Below are positions 18,367-27,866 of a stretch of DNA of 64,000 nucleotides, in pieces. The notes beneath the pieces are model-generated. The model ran no database searches, had not been told where the DNA came from, and was given only the letters and a program-made list of their open reading frames with translations. Made by a program: the position numbers and the translations under genes. Source of the stretch: Elusimicrobiota bacterium (GTDB lineage Bacteria; Elusimicrobiota; Elusimicrobia; Elusimicrobiales; UBA9959); NCBI GenBank assembly GCA_012517285.1, contig JAAYVG010000034.1, positions 41,483-105,482 of the forward strand, in the 5' to 3' direction. Numbering within the stretch: the stretch's first letter is position 1; each line of letters opens with the position of its first letter.

Positions 18367-19021
18367 GATGTTGAGGTTTTGATTGGATATTTTTCATATT
18401 CTGTTTTTCCTGATTTTTTATCATGTCAAGAAACTGTTCAGCCTGCTTTTGCCTCTCTTTTTTTTCCTGTTCCTTTTTCTCCTGTTCACTATTATCCTGC
18501 TGATTCTTATCCTCCTTATCATCACCCTTACCACTGTTGTTGTTTTGATCCTTGTCCTTATTCGAATCGTTCTTTTTATCCTTGTTATCCTTTGATGAAG
18601 ATGATGATTTTTTCTTTAAAAGAAGCTCTAAATTATACTTTGCATCGTTATTCTTTGGATCTGCAAGAATAGCCTCTTTATAATATTTTATTGCAGAGTT
18701 ATCATCGTTTTTCATCATGTATGTATTGCCGAGGTTATAAAGTGATTTTGAGACAACCTTTTTATTTTTTATTTCCTTATAATATTTTTCTGCTTCATCA
18801 TATTTATTAAGTTTGTATAATGAGTTTGCAAGGTTAAATTTGAGCTTATCATTTTTTAAATCTTTTTCAAGAGCCTTTTTATAATAATCATAGGCTTTTA
18901 TATAATCTTCCTTTTTGTAATTGCTGTTCCCCTTTTCACCTATAAAATCACCCACTATATCAAACGAATATGAGCTACAAGGGATCATTAGTAGAAATAA
19001 AAACATTACCAGTTGTGTCAT
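18335..19021 (-). CDS. batC: BatC-like TPR protein with K/D/E/Q-rich tail
   Basis: Signal peptide, three TPR-like repeats (YYKKALE, YYKEIKN, YYKEAIL) and a low-complexity charged C-terminus. Confidence 0.6.
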   Translation of the reverse strand: MTQLVMFLFLLMIPCSSYSFDIVGDFIGEKGNSNYKKEDYIKAYDYYKKALEKDLKNDKLKFNLANSLYKLNKYDEAEKYYKEIKNKKVVSKSLYNLGNTYMMKNDDNSAIKYYKEAILADPKNNDAKYNLELLLKKKSSSSSKDNKDKKNDSNKDKDQNNNSGKGDDKEDKNQQDNSEQEKKEQEKKERQKQAEQFLDMIKNQEKQNMKNIQSKPQHHGGYKNEYDW

Positions 19022-20013
19022 GGCTTGTAATAATAATCCTCCATAATAATAAATTCTATCAAAATTAAAAGAAAAGAAATAATCAGAAAATACTGATATC
19101 TGTTCTTATAGTTTTCAGCTCTTTCCTTTTCGGTTGACATCTTGGCTTTTGCTAAAAATTTTACTATCTCTGATGATACAAACTCAGGAGTTGTGTATTT
19201 TATATACTTTCCTTCAGTTTTTTGAGCTATCTTGATCAGTGTTTCTTCATCAAGTTTTGATATCACAGTCTTCCCTGAGCTATCCTTCTTATACTCCTTT
19301 GTCTCTTCATCGTATATGAGATCTCCCTGCGTGGTTCCCACCCCTACTGTTATTATCCTTGCCTTTTCTTTTACAGCATTTGATATAACGTCATCAATTT
19401 TTCCTGAGTGATCTTCTCCATCAGTAAACAGTATGATATCTTTTTCTCCAGGGTATGGGGATAAATACTCTATTGATGTTTGTATAGCATCAGCAATGTT
19501 TGTTCCAGGATATGGCAGCATATTTGGTGAAAGATTGTCTATAAAGTATGATATGGCATCAAGGTCATCAGTGAGAGGACACTGAATATATGCTTTATCC
19601 TCAAAGGCTAAGAGTGAGATCCTATATCCTTGAAGTCCATCAATAAGTGATTTTAATGAAAGTTGTACGCTTTGAAGCCTTGATGGCTTTATATCCTTTG
19701 CAGACATTGAAAGTGATGTATCAACAACTATTGCTATATTAGCCGAATAGTGCGGTTTTTCCTGATACTCTATGCCCCACTGGGGTCCTGATGAAGCAAT
19801 GATCATAAAAAACAGTGCAGTAAAAATTAAAATATCCCTTGTCCTTCTCAGATTCTTTAAGTTTTCCGGGAGTATTTGAGAGAGTATGTTTTCGTCAAAA
19901 ATTGAAGTAGTTATCCTTTCTCTTCTAATAAGAAGCTGGATATAGACTATTATTAAAACAATAAAGCCTGCTATACCATAGAATAAGTTTGTTTGATATC
20001 GAAATAATTCCAT
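19018..20013 (-). CDS. batB: VWA-domain membrane protein (BatB-like)
   Basis: Two N-terminal TM segments, MIDAS VVDTSLSMSA and LFTDGEDHSG. Confidence 0.75.
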   Translation of the reverse strand: MELFRYQTNLFYGIAGFIVLIIVYIQLLIRRERITTSIFDENILSQILPENLKNLRRTRDILIFTALFFMIIASSGPQWGIEYQEKPHYSANIAIVVDTSLSMSAKDIKPSRLQSVQLSLKSLIDGLQGYRISLLAFEDKAYIQCPLTDDLDAISYFIDNLSPNMLPYPGTNIADAIQTSIEYLSPYPGEKDIILFTDGEDHSGKIDDVISNAVKEKARIITVGVGTTQGDLIYDEETKEYKKDSSGKTVISKLDEETLIKIAQKTEGKYIKYTTPEFVSSEIVKFLAKAKMSTEKERAENYKNRYQYFLIISFLLILIEFIIMEDYYYKP

Positions 20014-20016
20014 ATA

Positions 20017-20997
20017 TTAAGGTACCGTTAAAATAAATGTTTTTTGCAATATTATAAGCAGAACAAGCAGTATTATTGCAGGTATCAAAAATTTGTTATA
20101 CAATTCTGTTATCTGGACATTGTATTTTACCTCAAACTTTGTTTTTTCAAGCCTATCTATTTCTGAGTATATCTCTGACATTTCTTTTGATGTCGTTGCC
20201 CTGAAGTACTGAGCCTGAGTTATTTTTGCAATTTCCATCAGCTGTGCTTCATTTAAATCATCTTCCATTACTGTGTATGGCATAGATGGATCTCCCGTTG
20301 GAACTTTTGATGGCCCCTTGCCACCAATGCCAATTGTGTATATTTTTATCCCGAACTCAGATGATAGCTTGGCGGCTGTTACAGGGTCCTGAACAACTCC
20401 TGCGTTTGATCTGCCATCCGTTAAAAGAACCATTATCCTGCTTTTTGCTTTTGATTTTTTTAAATGATTGGTTGCAACAAGTATTGCATCACCTATTGCT
20501 GTGCCATCTGATTTAGTCATACCGAGTTGTATTCTATCAATAAATGCTGTAACGGCAGAGTGATCCATTGTTAGTGGACAGCTGAGGTAAGCAACCCCAC
20601 CGAAAACAACAATTCCTATTCTATCACTCATCCTTTTTGAGACAAACTCCTTGGCATTTGTCTTTGCTGCCTCAAGCCTTGAAGGTATTACATCTACTGC
20701 TGCCATGGATAGAGATGTATCTATAACCATCATAATATCTATTCCTTCTGTTGGTGGAATCTCCCCCTTTAGTATCTTTTGTGGCCTTGCTAATGCTATA
20801 ATTATGAGCACCATAATTATTAGCTTTAAATAATATGGAAGAGCATCAGCAAGAAAGACTCTGATTGTATAGTTCTTTTTCAGTTCTATTGGAAAGTTTG
20901 TTTTAAAAAAGACTCTGTGATAATTTTTTGAAACATATACAGCTGCTATTAAAAGTGGTATTAAAAGTAGAAAAAAATAAGGATTTTTAAAGCTCAT
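20017..20997 (-). CDS. batA: VWA-domain membrane protein (BatA-like)
   Basis: MIDAS VIDTSLSMAA, LLTDGRSNAG and a C-terminal TM. Confidence 0.75.
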   Translation of the reverse strand: MSFKNPYFFLLLIPLLIAAVYVSKNYHRVFFKTNFPIELKKNYTIRVFLADALPYYLKLIIMVLIIIALARPQKILKGEIPPTEGIDIMMVIDTSLSMAAVDVIPSRLEAAKTNAKEFVSKRMSDRIGIVVFGGVAYLSCPLTMDHSAVTAFIDRIQLGMTKSDGTAIGDAILVATNHLKKSKAKSRIMVLLTDGRSNAGVVQDPVTAAKLSSEFGIKIYTIGIGGKGPSKVPTGDPSMPYTVMEDDLNEAQLMEIAKITQAQYFRATTSKEMSEIYSEIDRLEKTKFEVKYNVQITELYNKFLIPAIILLVLLIILQKTFILTVP

Positions 20998-21073
20998 TTT
21001 ATCCTCTTATAAATTTGATATATTTTTTGTATCTCTGTAATAGTAATCAGAGCTACTGTCATTTTGAATAACT

Positions 21074-22006
21074 TCATAGTTTTTCCCTATTTTTCTCTTC
21101 AAGCCTTGCCCTCTCTTCCTCATCTTTTTTTCTTTTTTCATTTATCATTTCATAAAGCATATTCACTATTTCTTTTAAAAGTTCTCGGTCCTTTAAAGCT
21201 TTTTGTTTTTCGGGGATATATCTTGCAAATTTAACAAGATCACAGGTGTCAAGAAGTTCTCTCATTTTGATTAAAATATCTATCTTTGTTGTAACTTCTT
21301 TAACTCTTTTTATTATATCAGATGTTGTCATTTCAAGAGCATTTATCTGAAACTCCTCATCAAGGTATCTCCTCAAAATATTTGATAGAGCAATATAATA
21401 CCCCTTGATATTTCCGCTGTCAAGTATATTTGAAGATCCAAGCCTTTCAATCCTGTCATTTGCTCTTTGATACGGTGTTCTCGTATCCTTATGATATTCA
21501 ATATTTTCTGTCGTGATGCGTTTCTTTTTCATCAGATATTTTATTATAAAGTATATGGATATAATAATTAGTATTACAATAAGTATTTTAAACCATAAAA
21601 GAAAATCAAATACTGATGCTATATCCTTTGGAGTATCAGTTTCTTTTAAGTTAAAAAGTGGTTTTATATCAAGCGGAACTGGATATGATTTTATTGTTTT
21701 AATCCCGCTTTTATCAATAATATTTATACTTACCTCAGGAAAGGTGGATATACCAATATTAAATGGGATAAGATAAAGCTCTACCCTGTTCTTCTTTTGA
21801 GTCTGGGAAAGATATCCGAAGTCAGATCCTGTTATATTTTCTGTAGAAATATATATTTTTTCTTTATTGTATTCCGGTATTTCAAATAATATTGAAAACT
21901 TTTCCCCAAGTTTTATTTCCTTTGGTGTAAAAATTTTAACATCATCAGCATATAAATTAAAGATTGAACAACATAATAAAATATATAGTGTTAAAATCTT
22001 TTTCAT
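21074..22006 (-). CDS. Hypothetical membrane protein in the position of the DUF4381-type gene of Bat operons
   Basis: Signal peptide, one central TM (LLWFKILIVILIIISIYFII) and a Lys/Glu-rich C-terminus. Lies between the DUF58 and BatA genes. Confidence 0.4.
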   Translation of the reverse strand: MKKILTLYILLCCSIFNLYADDVKIFTPKEIKLGEKFSILFEIPEYNKEKIYISTENITGSDFGYLSQTQKKNRVELYLIPFNIGISTFPEVSINIIDKSGIKTIKSYPVPLDIKPLFNLKETDTPKDIASVFDFLLWFKILIVILIIISIYFIIKYLMKKKRITTENIEYHKDTRTPYQRANDRIERLGSSNILDSGNIKGYYIALSNILRRYLDEEFQINALEMTTSDIIKRVKEVTTKIDILIKMRELLDTCDLVKFARYIPEKQKALKDRELLKEIVNMLYEMINEKRKKDEEERARLEEKNREKL

Positions 22007-22893
22007 CTTCCTCTCGCAATCTTAAGCTTTCTATTCTTAAAAAATGATACAACAGTTCTAAATATATCTGATTGTGTATTTATTTCCATATAATCAATGT
22101 TATGTGAGTTAAATGTTTTTATAAGACTTTCTCTTCTTGCTTTAAACTCTTCATTGTATCTTTTGACCATATATGCGTCTGACATATCAACGTAGCCGTA
22201 CTCGCCATTTTCAGGGTTGACATATGATAGTATGGCTGGATAATTTTTTAATTCTAATTCTAAGGGATCATTTACAATCACAGGTATAAGGTCATGCTTT
22301 TGTTCAGTAATCTTTATCGCCTTTTCAAAATTACTATCCATAAAATCAGATATGAGTATGATAACTGCTTTTCTCTTTAGTATCTGATTCAAATTTTTTA
22401 GAGCTACGCTGATATTTGTTCTAGAACTTTTTGGCTTGAATGCTATCATATCTCTTACAATCCTTAAAATATGATTTTTTCCTTTTTTGGGTGGGACGTA
22501 GAGCTCTGTGTTGTCTGAAAACAAAAACAATCCTGTTTTATCATTGTTTTTAAGAGCTGCAAACATGAAGAGTGCCGCAAGTTCTGCTGAAAGTTCATTT
22601 TTTGTTTTATTCCTTGTGCCGAAAAGACCAGATGCAGAGACATCCGATGCAACCATAACCGTGAGTTCTCTTTCTTCATTAAATTTTTTTACATAAACCT
22701 TTGATGTTCTTGCTGTTATGTTCCAGTCTATAGTTCTTATGTCATCGCCAACGACATATTCCCTTACCTCAGCAAATTCAACTCCCTTACCCTTAAAAAC
22801 ACTAAGATACTGACCAGCAAAGCTTTCACTGACAAGCTTGCCTGTTCTTATCTCAATATTTTTTACTTTTTTAATTATTTCCTGTGTGTTCAT
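22003..22893 (-). CDS. DUF58-family (VWA-like) protein partnered with MoxR
   Basis: Follows the MoxR ATPase. Has the DIRTIDWN motif and a DVSASG MIDAS-like site. Confidence 0.7.
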   Translation of the reverse strand: MNTQEIIKKVKNIEIRTGKLVSESFAGQYLSVFKGKGVEFAEVREYVVGDDIRTIDWNITARTSKVYVKKFNEERELTVMVASDVSASGLFGTRNKTKNELSAELAALFMFAALKNNDKTGLFLFSDNTELYVPPKKGKNHILRIVRDMIAFKPKSSRTNISVALKNLNQILKRKAVIILISDFMDSNFEKAIKITEQKHDLIPVIVNDPLELELKNYPAILSYVNPENGEYGYVDMSDAYMVKRYNEEFKARRESLIKTFNSHNIDYMEINTQSDIFRTVVSFFKNRKLKIARGR

Positions 22894-22901
22894 AGTTAAA
22901 A

Positions 22902-23016
22902 CAGAAGTCAGAAGACAGAGGTCAGAATACAGAAATCAGAAGTCAGAAATCAGATAAATAAGGAGTTCCTTCTGACTTCTGTCCCTGCCTACGCCGAAGT
23001 GGCTTCGGCAGGCAGG
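22902..23016. repeat. Heptamer array (8 CAGNNNN), inverted core and GC palindrome, inside the moxR-DUF58 spacer
   Basis: CAG in exact 7-nt phase at 22902 through 22951. Core GATAAATAAGGAGTTCCTT at 22953-22971. Palindrome CCCTGCCTACGCCGAAGTGGCTTCGGCAGGCAGG at 22983-23016. Confidence 0.85.
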
Positions 23017-23031
23017 CTCTGTCTTCTGCCT

Positions 23032-24042
23032 TTATGGAACCTCTATTGTTTCAAAAATTGTTTTTACTATTGTTTCAGTGCTTATCTCTTCGGCCTCAGC
23101 CTCATAGCTTGTGATGATCCTATGCCTTAATACTGAGAATCCAATTGCTTTTATATCCTGTGGTGTTATGTATGCCCTCTGAGATATAAAGGCATATGCC
23201 TTTGCTGCTTGTATTAAAAATATTGTTGCTCTTGGACTTGCACCGTATTTGATCCAGTTTTTTATGCTGTCAAGTTTATACTTCTCTGGAAACCTTGTAG
23301 CATTTACAATATCAACAACATATGATTTTATCTTATCATCCACATAAATTTTATCAACCAGTTTTTTTACAGCAGATATCTTTGATATATCTACAACAGA
23401 ATTTACTTTCGGAGTGTTGGCTGATGCTATGGTATCTATTATCTTTATCTCTTCTTCTCTTGAGGGATATGTAATATTAACCTTGAGCATAAATCTATCA
23501 ACCTGAGCCTCAGGAAGAGGATAGGTGCCTTCCTGTTCTATAGGGTTCTGTGTTGCCATAACAAGGAATGGTTCTGGAAGTTTATATGTTGTGTCACCAA
23601 TTGTAACCTGTCTTTCCTGCATGGCCTCTAAAAGTGCGCTTTGAACCTTTGCAGGGGCTCTGTTTATTTCATCAGCAAGTATTATATTGGAAAAAACCGG
23701 CCCTTTTTTTATCATAAAATTTCCACTTCCTTGGTTGTATATAAGCGTTCCTGTTATATCAGCAGGCAAAAGATCAGGAGTGAACTGAATCCTCTGAAAT
23801 TGTGCTTTTATTGTATCAGATAGAGTTTTTATTGTTGTTGTCTTTGCAAGTCCTGGAAGACCTTCAACAAGGACATGTCCGTTAGCGAGTATTGCAACTA
23901 TTAAGGAATTTACTAATTCTTCTTGACCTGATATAACCTTTGATATCTCTCTCTTTATATCAGAGACAAAAAGTGATTCTTCCTTTATTTTTTCGCTGAG
24001 CTTTGATATCTCTGTGCTTTCCATACTGCCTCCAATCATCAA
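23032..24042 (-). CDS. MoxR-family AAA+ ATPase
   Basis: Walker A GLPGLAKT and Walker B ILADEINRA. Length and layout are typical of MoxR/AAA_3. Confidence 0.9.
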   Translation of the reverse strand: MMIGGSMESTEISKLSEKIKEESLFVSDIKREISKVISGQEELVNSLIVAILANGHVLVEGLPGLAKTTTIKTLSDTIKAQFQRIQFTPDLLPADITGTLIYNQGSGNFMIKKGPVFSNIILADEINRAPAKVQSALLEAMQERQVTIGDTTYKLPEPFLVMATQNPIEQEGTYPLPEAQVDRFMLKVNITYPSREEEIKIIDTIASANTPKVNSVVDISKISAVKKLVDKIYVDDKIKSYVVDIVNATRFPEKYKLDSIKNWIKYGASPRATIFLIQAAKAYAFISQRAYITPQDIKAIGFSVLRHRIITSYEAEAEEISTETIVKTIFETIEVP

Positions 24043-24123
24043 ACTACTGTAAGCTGATAATTTTTATTCAAATTCATTAATACTACTCACTGTCCACTAA
24101 TGCAGTAATCAGTAAAGATAAGG

Positions 24124-24172
24124 CAGAAGTCTGAAATCAGAAGACAGAAATCAGATAAATAAGGAGTTCCTT
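24124..24172. repeat. Heptamer array (5 units) plus core copy
   Basis: CAGAAGT CTGAAAT CAGAAGA CAGAAAT CAGATAA, then GATAAATAAGGAGTTCCTT at 24154-24172. Confidence 0.8.
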
Positions 24173-24192
24173 TAATTTCTGTCCGCTGCTTT

Positions 24193-25041
24193 CTATCCTC
24201 TGTCTTCTGACATATTTGAATACTTAACCTTTGTTTTTCTCCAGTTTCTCGCCCTTGCTGTTATATCATATGTCCTACCATCTGTAGCTATTTCAAGTGA
24301 GTTATCGGCAAGAGTGTTTGCTATCTCATATCTTACTGCTTTAACGTTACCTGTTAAATCTGCCAGCCTTTTTATGTCATTTGTATAAAATCCATATTTC
24401 CTGTAATGTATCTCTTCCAGTGTTCCAATCTTTGCAATTGTTCTGTTAGCTTCATTTATCTGAATTTGTTCACTAGGAGTAACGGCAAGTATTGTCCTGT
24501 TTGCCCAGTTAGCAATAAAAAAAGCCATCAATCCCCATGATACAACCAGTATAATCCCTTCTACGAATGGTGACTTTTCTCTTGTTCTTATAACTATTGT
24601 TGATGCTAAAAAATCATGAAGACTTCTTCTTTTTTTGTTTGTTAAAGCTAAAAGATAGCCAATATTTATAAGCCATGCGTCTATGAAATATCCTATAACT
24701 CTTATAAATGCTTTTATAACTGATGGGTCTGTGCCATTGGTGTTTAAAACCTTCAATCCCATTATCATCTTACCGAGTGTTACCCTTTTGCCTGATGTGA
24801 ATATTATTTCATATATTATAAAAAGCAATAGCCAAAACAATTTCCATAGAATTTCAATAGAACTATTGTAAATTATATAATTTGTTTTTATTGCTAACGT
24901 AAAAGTAATATAGTTTAGAAGTACAAAGGGAAGTGTATCTATGAGATATGCTATAAATCTTTCATTAAACCCTGCTAAGACATATCCCTTCTCTTCAGTT
25001 TTTTCCTGTATGTCTTCAAGTTTTATATTTATATCAGCCAT
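24193..25041 (-). CDS. RDD-family membrane protein with a C-terminal soluble extension
   Basis: N-terminal ...RFIAYLIDTLPF and ...RRSLHDFLASTIV bracket TM helices (RDD signature). About 100 extra residues follow the last TM. Confidence 0.65.
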   Translation of the reverse strand: MADINIKLEDIQEKTEEKGYVLAGFNERFIAYLIDTLPFVLLNYITFTLAIKTNYIIYNSSIEILWKLFWLLLFIIYEIIFTSGKRVTLGKMIMGLKVLNTNGTDPSVIKAFIRVIGYFIDAWLINIGYLLALTNKKRRSLHDFLASTIVIRTREKSPFVEGIILVVSWGLMAFFIANWANRTILAVTPSEQIQINEANRTIAKIGTLEEIHYRKYGFYTNDIKRLADLTGNVKAVRYEIANTLADNSLEIATDGRTYDITARARNWRKTKVKYSNMSEDRG

Positions 25042-25140
25042 ATTTACCTCTCATCAGGATAAAAACTATAACTCTACATATTGTCATAACTAAACATCGA
25101 TAAACTTTTATAAATCTATGCTGTTACAGAGATATAATTT

Positions 25141-25566
25141 TTATCTATCCTGTTTCTGTCTGCAGCTCATACAGTATCTTGTGTAAGGAATAGCTTTTAA
25201 CCTCTTAATTTCTATAGGCTTTTTACAGAGCTCACATATACCATATGTATTGTTCTCTATCTTTTTTAATGCTGAATCGACATCCTTCAGCATTGTTTTT
25301 TGGTTGGATGAAAGATCAAACGTCATCTCTTTTTCTATGGTCTGTGTTACATCATCAATTTCATCACCAATGTCTTTTGTAAGTTCATCTGGTAGCTGGG
25401 TTTTAATATCTGACATGATTTTTGTCTTAATTTTAATAAGCTCATCTTTAAAATGTTTAAGATCTGATAAATTTGTTGCTTTTTTTAGATCTTTTTTGAT
25501 TGTAACTTTTTTCCCAATATTTTTTTTCGCTTTAACAGTGTTCATTTTTTTGTTTGTTTTTTCCAT
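25141..25566 (-). CDS. DksA/TraR-family C4 zinc-finger protein
   Basis: Coiled-coil region followed by CELCKKPI...RYCMSC. Confidence 0.8.
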   Translation of the reverse strand: MEKTNKKMNTVKAKKNIGKKVTIKKDLKKATNLSDLKHFKDELIKIKTKIMSDIKTQLPDELTKDIGDEIDDVTQTIEKEMTFDLSSNQKTMLKDVDSALKKIENNTYGICELCKKPIEIKRLKAIPYTRYCMSCRQKQDR

Positions 25567-25656
25567 GTTTTCTCCCTTTTAATTGCTCAGTCATCTGTCT
25601 GTTTATAAGAATTATTGTTTCCTGTGTCAGACAGTGGCAGGATTTGGTTTTTTATT

Positions 25657-26613
25657 TCAGTATCTCGAAGTAGAAAAAAATACTGGTTTTTTTTCAGTTA
25701 TTATAGCCTTACAATTTTTTATGTCATTCTTGATATAAAGAGGAATATTGAAAATACCAGAAAGAACTTCTTCATCTATAAGTTTTGGTTTTTTCGAAAA
25801 CATAGTGTTTATTTTTTTCTTTATATCCTGTTTGTCTATTGATTTTATATCACTATCGCTTGCTATGAGATAACTCCATGGCATATCATAGCTCGGTATA
25901 AAAAAGTTATATGAAACAACATTTTTAAAAACTTTTGAGAGAGTGTTATAAAGTGCTGAATGAAGATTTAGCTGAAGTATATGACCTGGGCCTGCCTGCA
26001 TAGCAAATATTCCACCATTGTTAAGCTTTGTCTTTAATATCTGATAAAATTCTTTTGTATAAAGCTTGTAAGCAGGACCTCCTTCTATTGGGCTTGGAAG
26101 ATCAGAGTATATTATGTCAAACCTGAGTTCTGTTCGTTCAATAAATTTTCTTGCATCCTGAATAAGAAGGGTTGATCTATTATCTTCAAACGAGCCCTTG
26201 TGCCAGCTTGTAAGATATTTTTTAGCAAACTTGATTATGTTGTTATCTATATCAACCATAATAGCTTTTTTGCTTTTTTTATAGTTTAAAATTTCTCTTA
26301 ATGTTGCACCCTCTCCACCACCAAGTATTGCAAATGTTTCAGGATTTTTATGAAGCAATATTGATGGCAAAACAAGAGCTTCATGATATATAAACTCATC
26401 AAGTTCGCTTGATTGAGTTTCTCTATCAAGGATCAAGACCTTTCCAAAGGAATAAGTTTCTACAAGGAGTGCTGTCTGAAACTCTGTCTTGTATGATTCT
26501 ATGTATCTTTTTATCTGATGAGAGTGAAATTCTCCTTTTGTAAAATATTCCACAAACCAATCGCCTTTGGGAAATCTTTCTTTGTCAGTTTTAATCCATT
26601 TTGGTTTATTCAT
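25657..26613 (-). CDS. speE: Spermidine synthase
   Basis: ILGGGEGATLREIL SAM-binding loop and DIIYSDLPSP. Confidence 0.85.
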   Translation of the reverse strand: MNKPKWIKTDKERFPKGDWFVEYFTKGEFHSHQIKRYIESYKTEFQTALLVETYSFGKVLILDRETQSSELDEFIYHEALVLPSILLHKNPETFAILGGGEGATLREILNYKKSKKAIMVDIDNNIIKFAKKYLTSWHKGSFEDNRSTLLIQDARKFIERTELRFDIIYSDLPSPIEGGPAYKLYTKEFYQILKTKLNNGGIFAMQAGPGHILQLNLHSALYNTLSKVFKNVVSYNFFIPSYDMPWSYLIASDSDIKSIDKQDIKKKINTMFSKKPKLIDEEVLSGIFNIPLYIKNDIKNCKAIITEKKPVFFSTSRY

Positions 26614-26962
26614 TTAATAAAACCCCCCTTTCCATCTTCATTATGCTAAAATATTTTGACTTAAATTTTTTTTTAACTGTTTTAAATGCTTTCCATGGAT
26701 CAGAGTGATCGCCACAGGTAAAGAAATCAACAGAAGCAAATTTATGCTCAGGCCATGTGTGTATTGAAAGATGAGACTCCTGAACCACTATAACACCTGA
26801 AACTCCGTAGGGTTTAAAACCATGGAAGAGTGAATCTATTATGGTTGTGTTTGCTTCCTTTGCACACAGCATCATAACATCTTGGACATAATCAACATCT
26901 GATATAAGTCTTGAATCACACCCATAAAGTTCAACTATTAAATGTTTTCCAAGTGCTCTCAT
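26606..26962 (-). CDS. speH: S-adenosylmethionine decarboxylase proenzyme (SpeH/SpeD type)
   Basis: GKHLIVELYGCD, with VQESHLSIHTWPE as the self-cleavage site. The ATG at 26962 gives the canonical length. The 27073 start would add 37 atypical residues and overlap the divergent gene. Confidence 0.85.
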   Translation of the reverse strand: MRALGKHLIVELYGCDSRLISDVDYVQDVMMLCAKEANTTIIDSLFHGFKPYGVSGVIVVQESHLSIHTWPEHKFASVDFFTCGDHSDPWKAFKTVKKKFKSKYFSIMKMERGVLLNE

Positions 26963-27036
26963 AATATAGTATATTTTATCATAAAATTTAATTTTTTTAT
27001 CTTGTTTTAAAAAGTTTTTTTTTGTAAACTTTATAT

Positions 27037-27864
27037 ATGTGTAGAATGATTGCAATTGTCTCAGATAAGCCAATAAAAAAAGAAGTAATAAATTATTGTT
27101 TAATAGATGCTCGAAAGTCTATTTTAAAACAATCAAGCTTTAATAATAACAGACTTCAGAAGGATGGCTGGGGAGTGGCTTATTATTCAAACAGTAAGCC
27201 TGTGGTATATAAATCTGACAAGCCAGTCTTTGATGAAAAAGAAAAGCTGGTTAAAAAAATTGCGTCTGTAAATTCCAATATTTTTTTAGCCCATATAAGA
27301 AATGCATCCAATCCTAAGAAACTTCCTCATAACAGGCTGATCTCGGTTGAAAATTCGCAGCCTTACTCTTATGGTAATATTGTTTTTTCACACAATGGAA
27401 CTCTTTCAATAGTTGATGATATATATCTCAATCTTGGAAAATATAAAAAATATATAAAGGGAGTTAATGATAGTGAGGTTCTCTTTTGGAATTTTATTAA
27501 GCATTTAAACGCATACGGGAACATAAAAACTGCAATTGAGATGATGAGAGATGAGATAAATACGATATGGATTTCAGTTAAAAAAAATTATCCTGATTTA
27601 AAAAAGCCATACAACGGGCTCAATCTCTTTGTCAGTGATGGTAATCAAATATATGCGTTGTGTGATTTTGTTATGGAAAAAGAAAGCTATTCTTTGATGA
27701 GCAAGGGTTGGGAATATGGTAGATTTGCTATTAAGAGATTTGATGATTACACAGTTATATCAAGTGAACCTGTTGATGATACTGATGGCTGGGAAAAAGT
27801 AAAGCCTTTAACAATTATTTCTATTAAAAAAACAAATATTAATATATCAGATATCGGAGAATAG
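27037..27864 (+). CDS. Class II (Ntn) glutamine amidotransferase-like protein
   Basis: MC at the N-terminus (nucleophile Cys2), DGWGVAYY and HIRNAS...NSQPY...HNG pattern. Confidence 0.7.
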   Translation: MCRMIAIVSDKPIKKEVINYCLIDARKSILKQSSFNNNRLQKDGWGVAYYSNSKPVVYKSDKPVFDEKEKLVKKIASVNSNIFLAHIRNASNPKKLPHNRLISVENSQPYSYGNIVFSHNGTLSIVDDIYLNLGKYKKYIKGVNDSEVLFWNFIKHLNAYGNIKTAIEMMRDEINTIWISVKKNYPDLKKPYNGLNLFVSDGNQIYALCDFVMEKESYSLMSKGWEYGRFAIKRFDDYTVISSEPVDDTDGWEKVKPLTIISIKKTNINISDIGE

Positions 27865-27866
27865 AT

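Noticed and set aside
22983-23016. GC palindromes as standard rho-independent terminators
   Set aside because: None of the 8 copies is followed by a T-tract on either strand, and one lies within an operon. The only canonical terminator I could support is at 4948-4980.
25047-25059. Hammerhead ribozyme core, because CTGATGAG occurs on the minus strand just upstream of the RDD gene
   Set aside because: No stem II followed by GAAA, and no stem I/III partners, can be drawn. The GAGAGG is better explained as the RBS of the RDD gene.
26963-27073. Extended N-terminus of the SAM decarboxylase ORF (start at 27073), and likewise the extended starts at 2303 and 3602
   Set aside because: The extra residues are atypical for these families. 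At 27073 the extension would also overlap the divergent amidotransferase gene. Internal ATGs at 26962, 2348 (with GGAGG) and 3575 give canonical N-termini.
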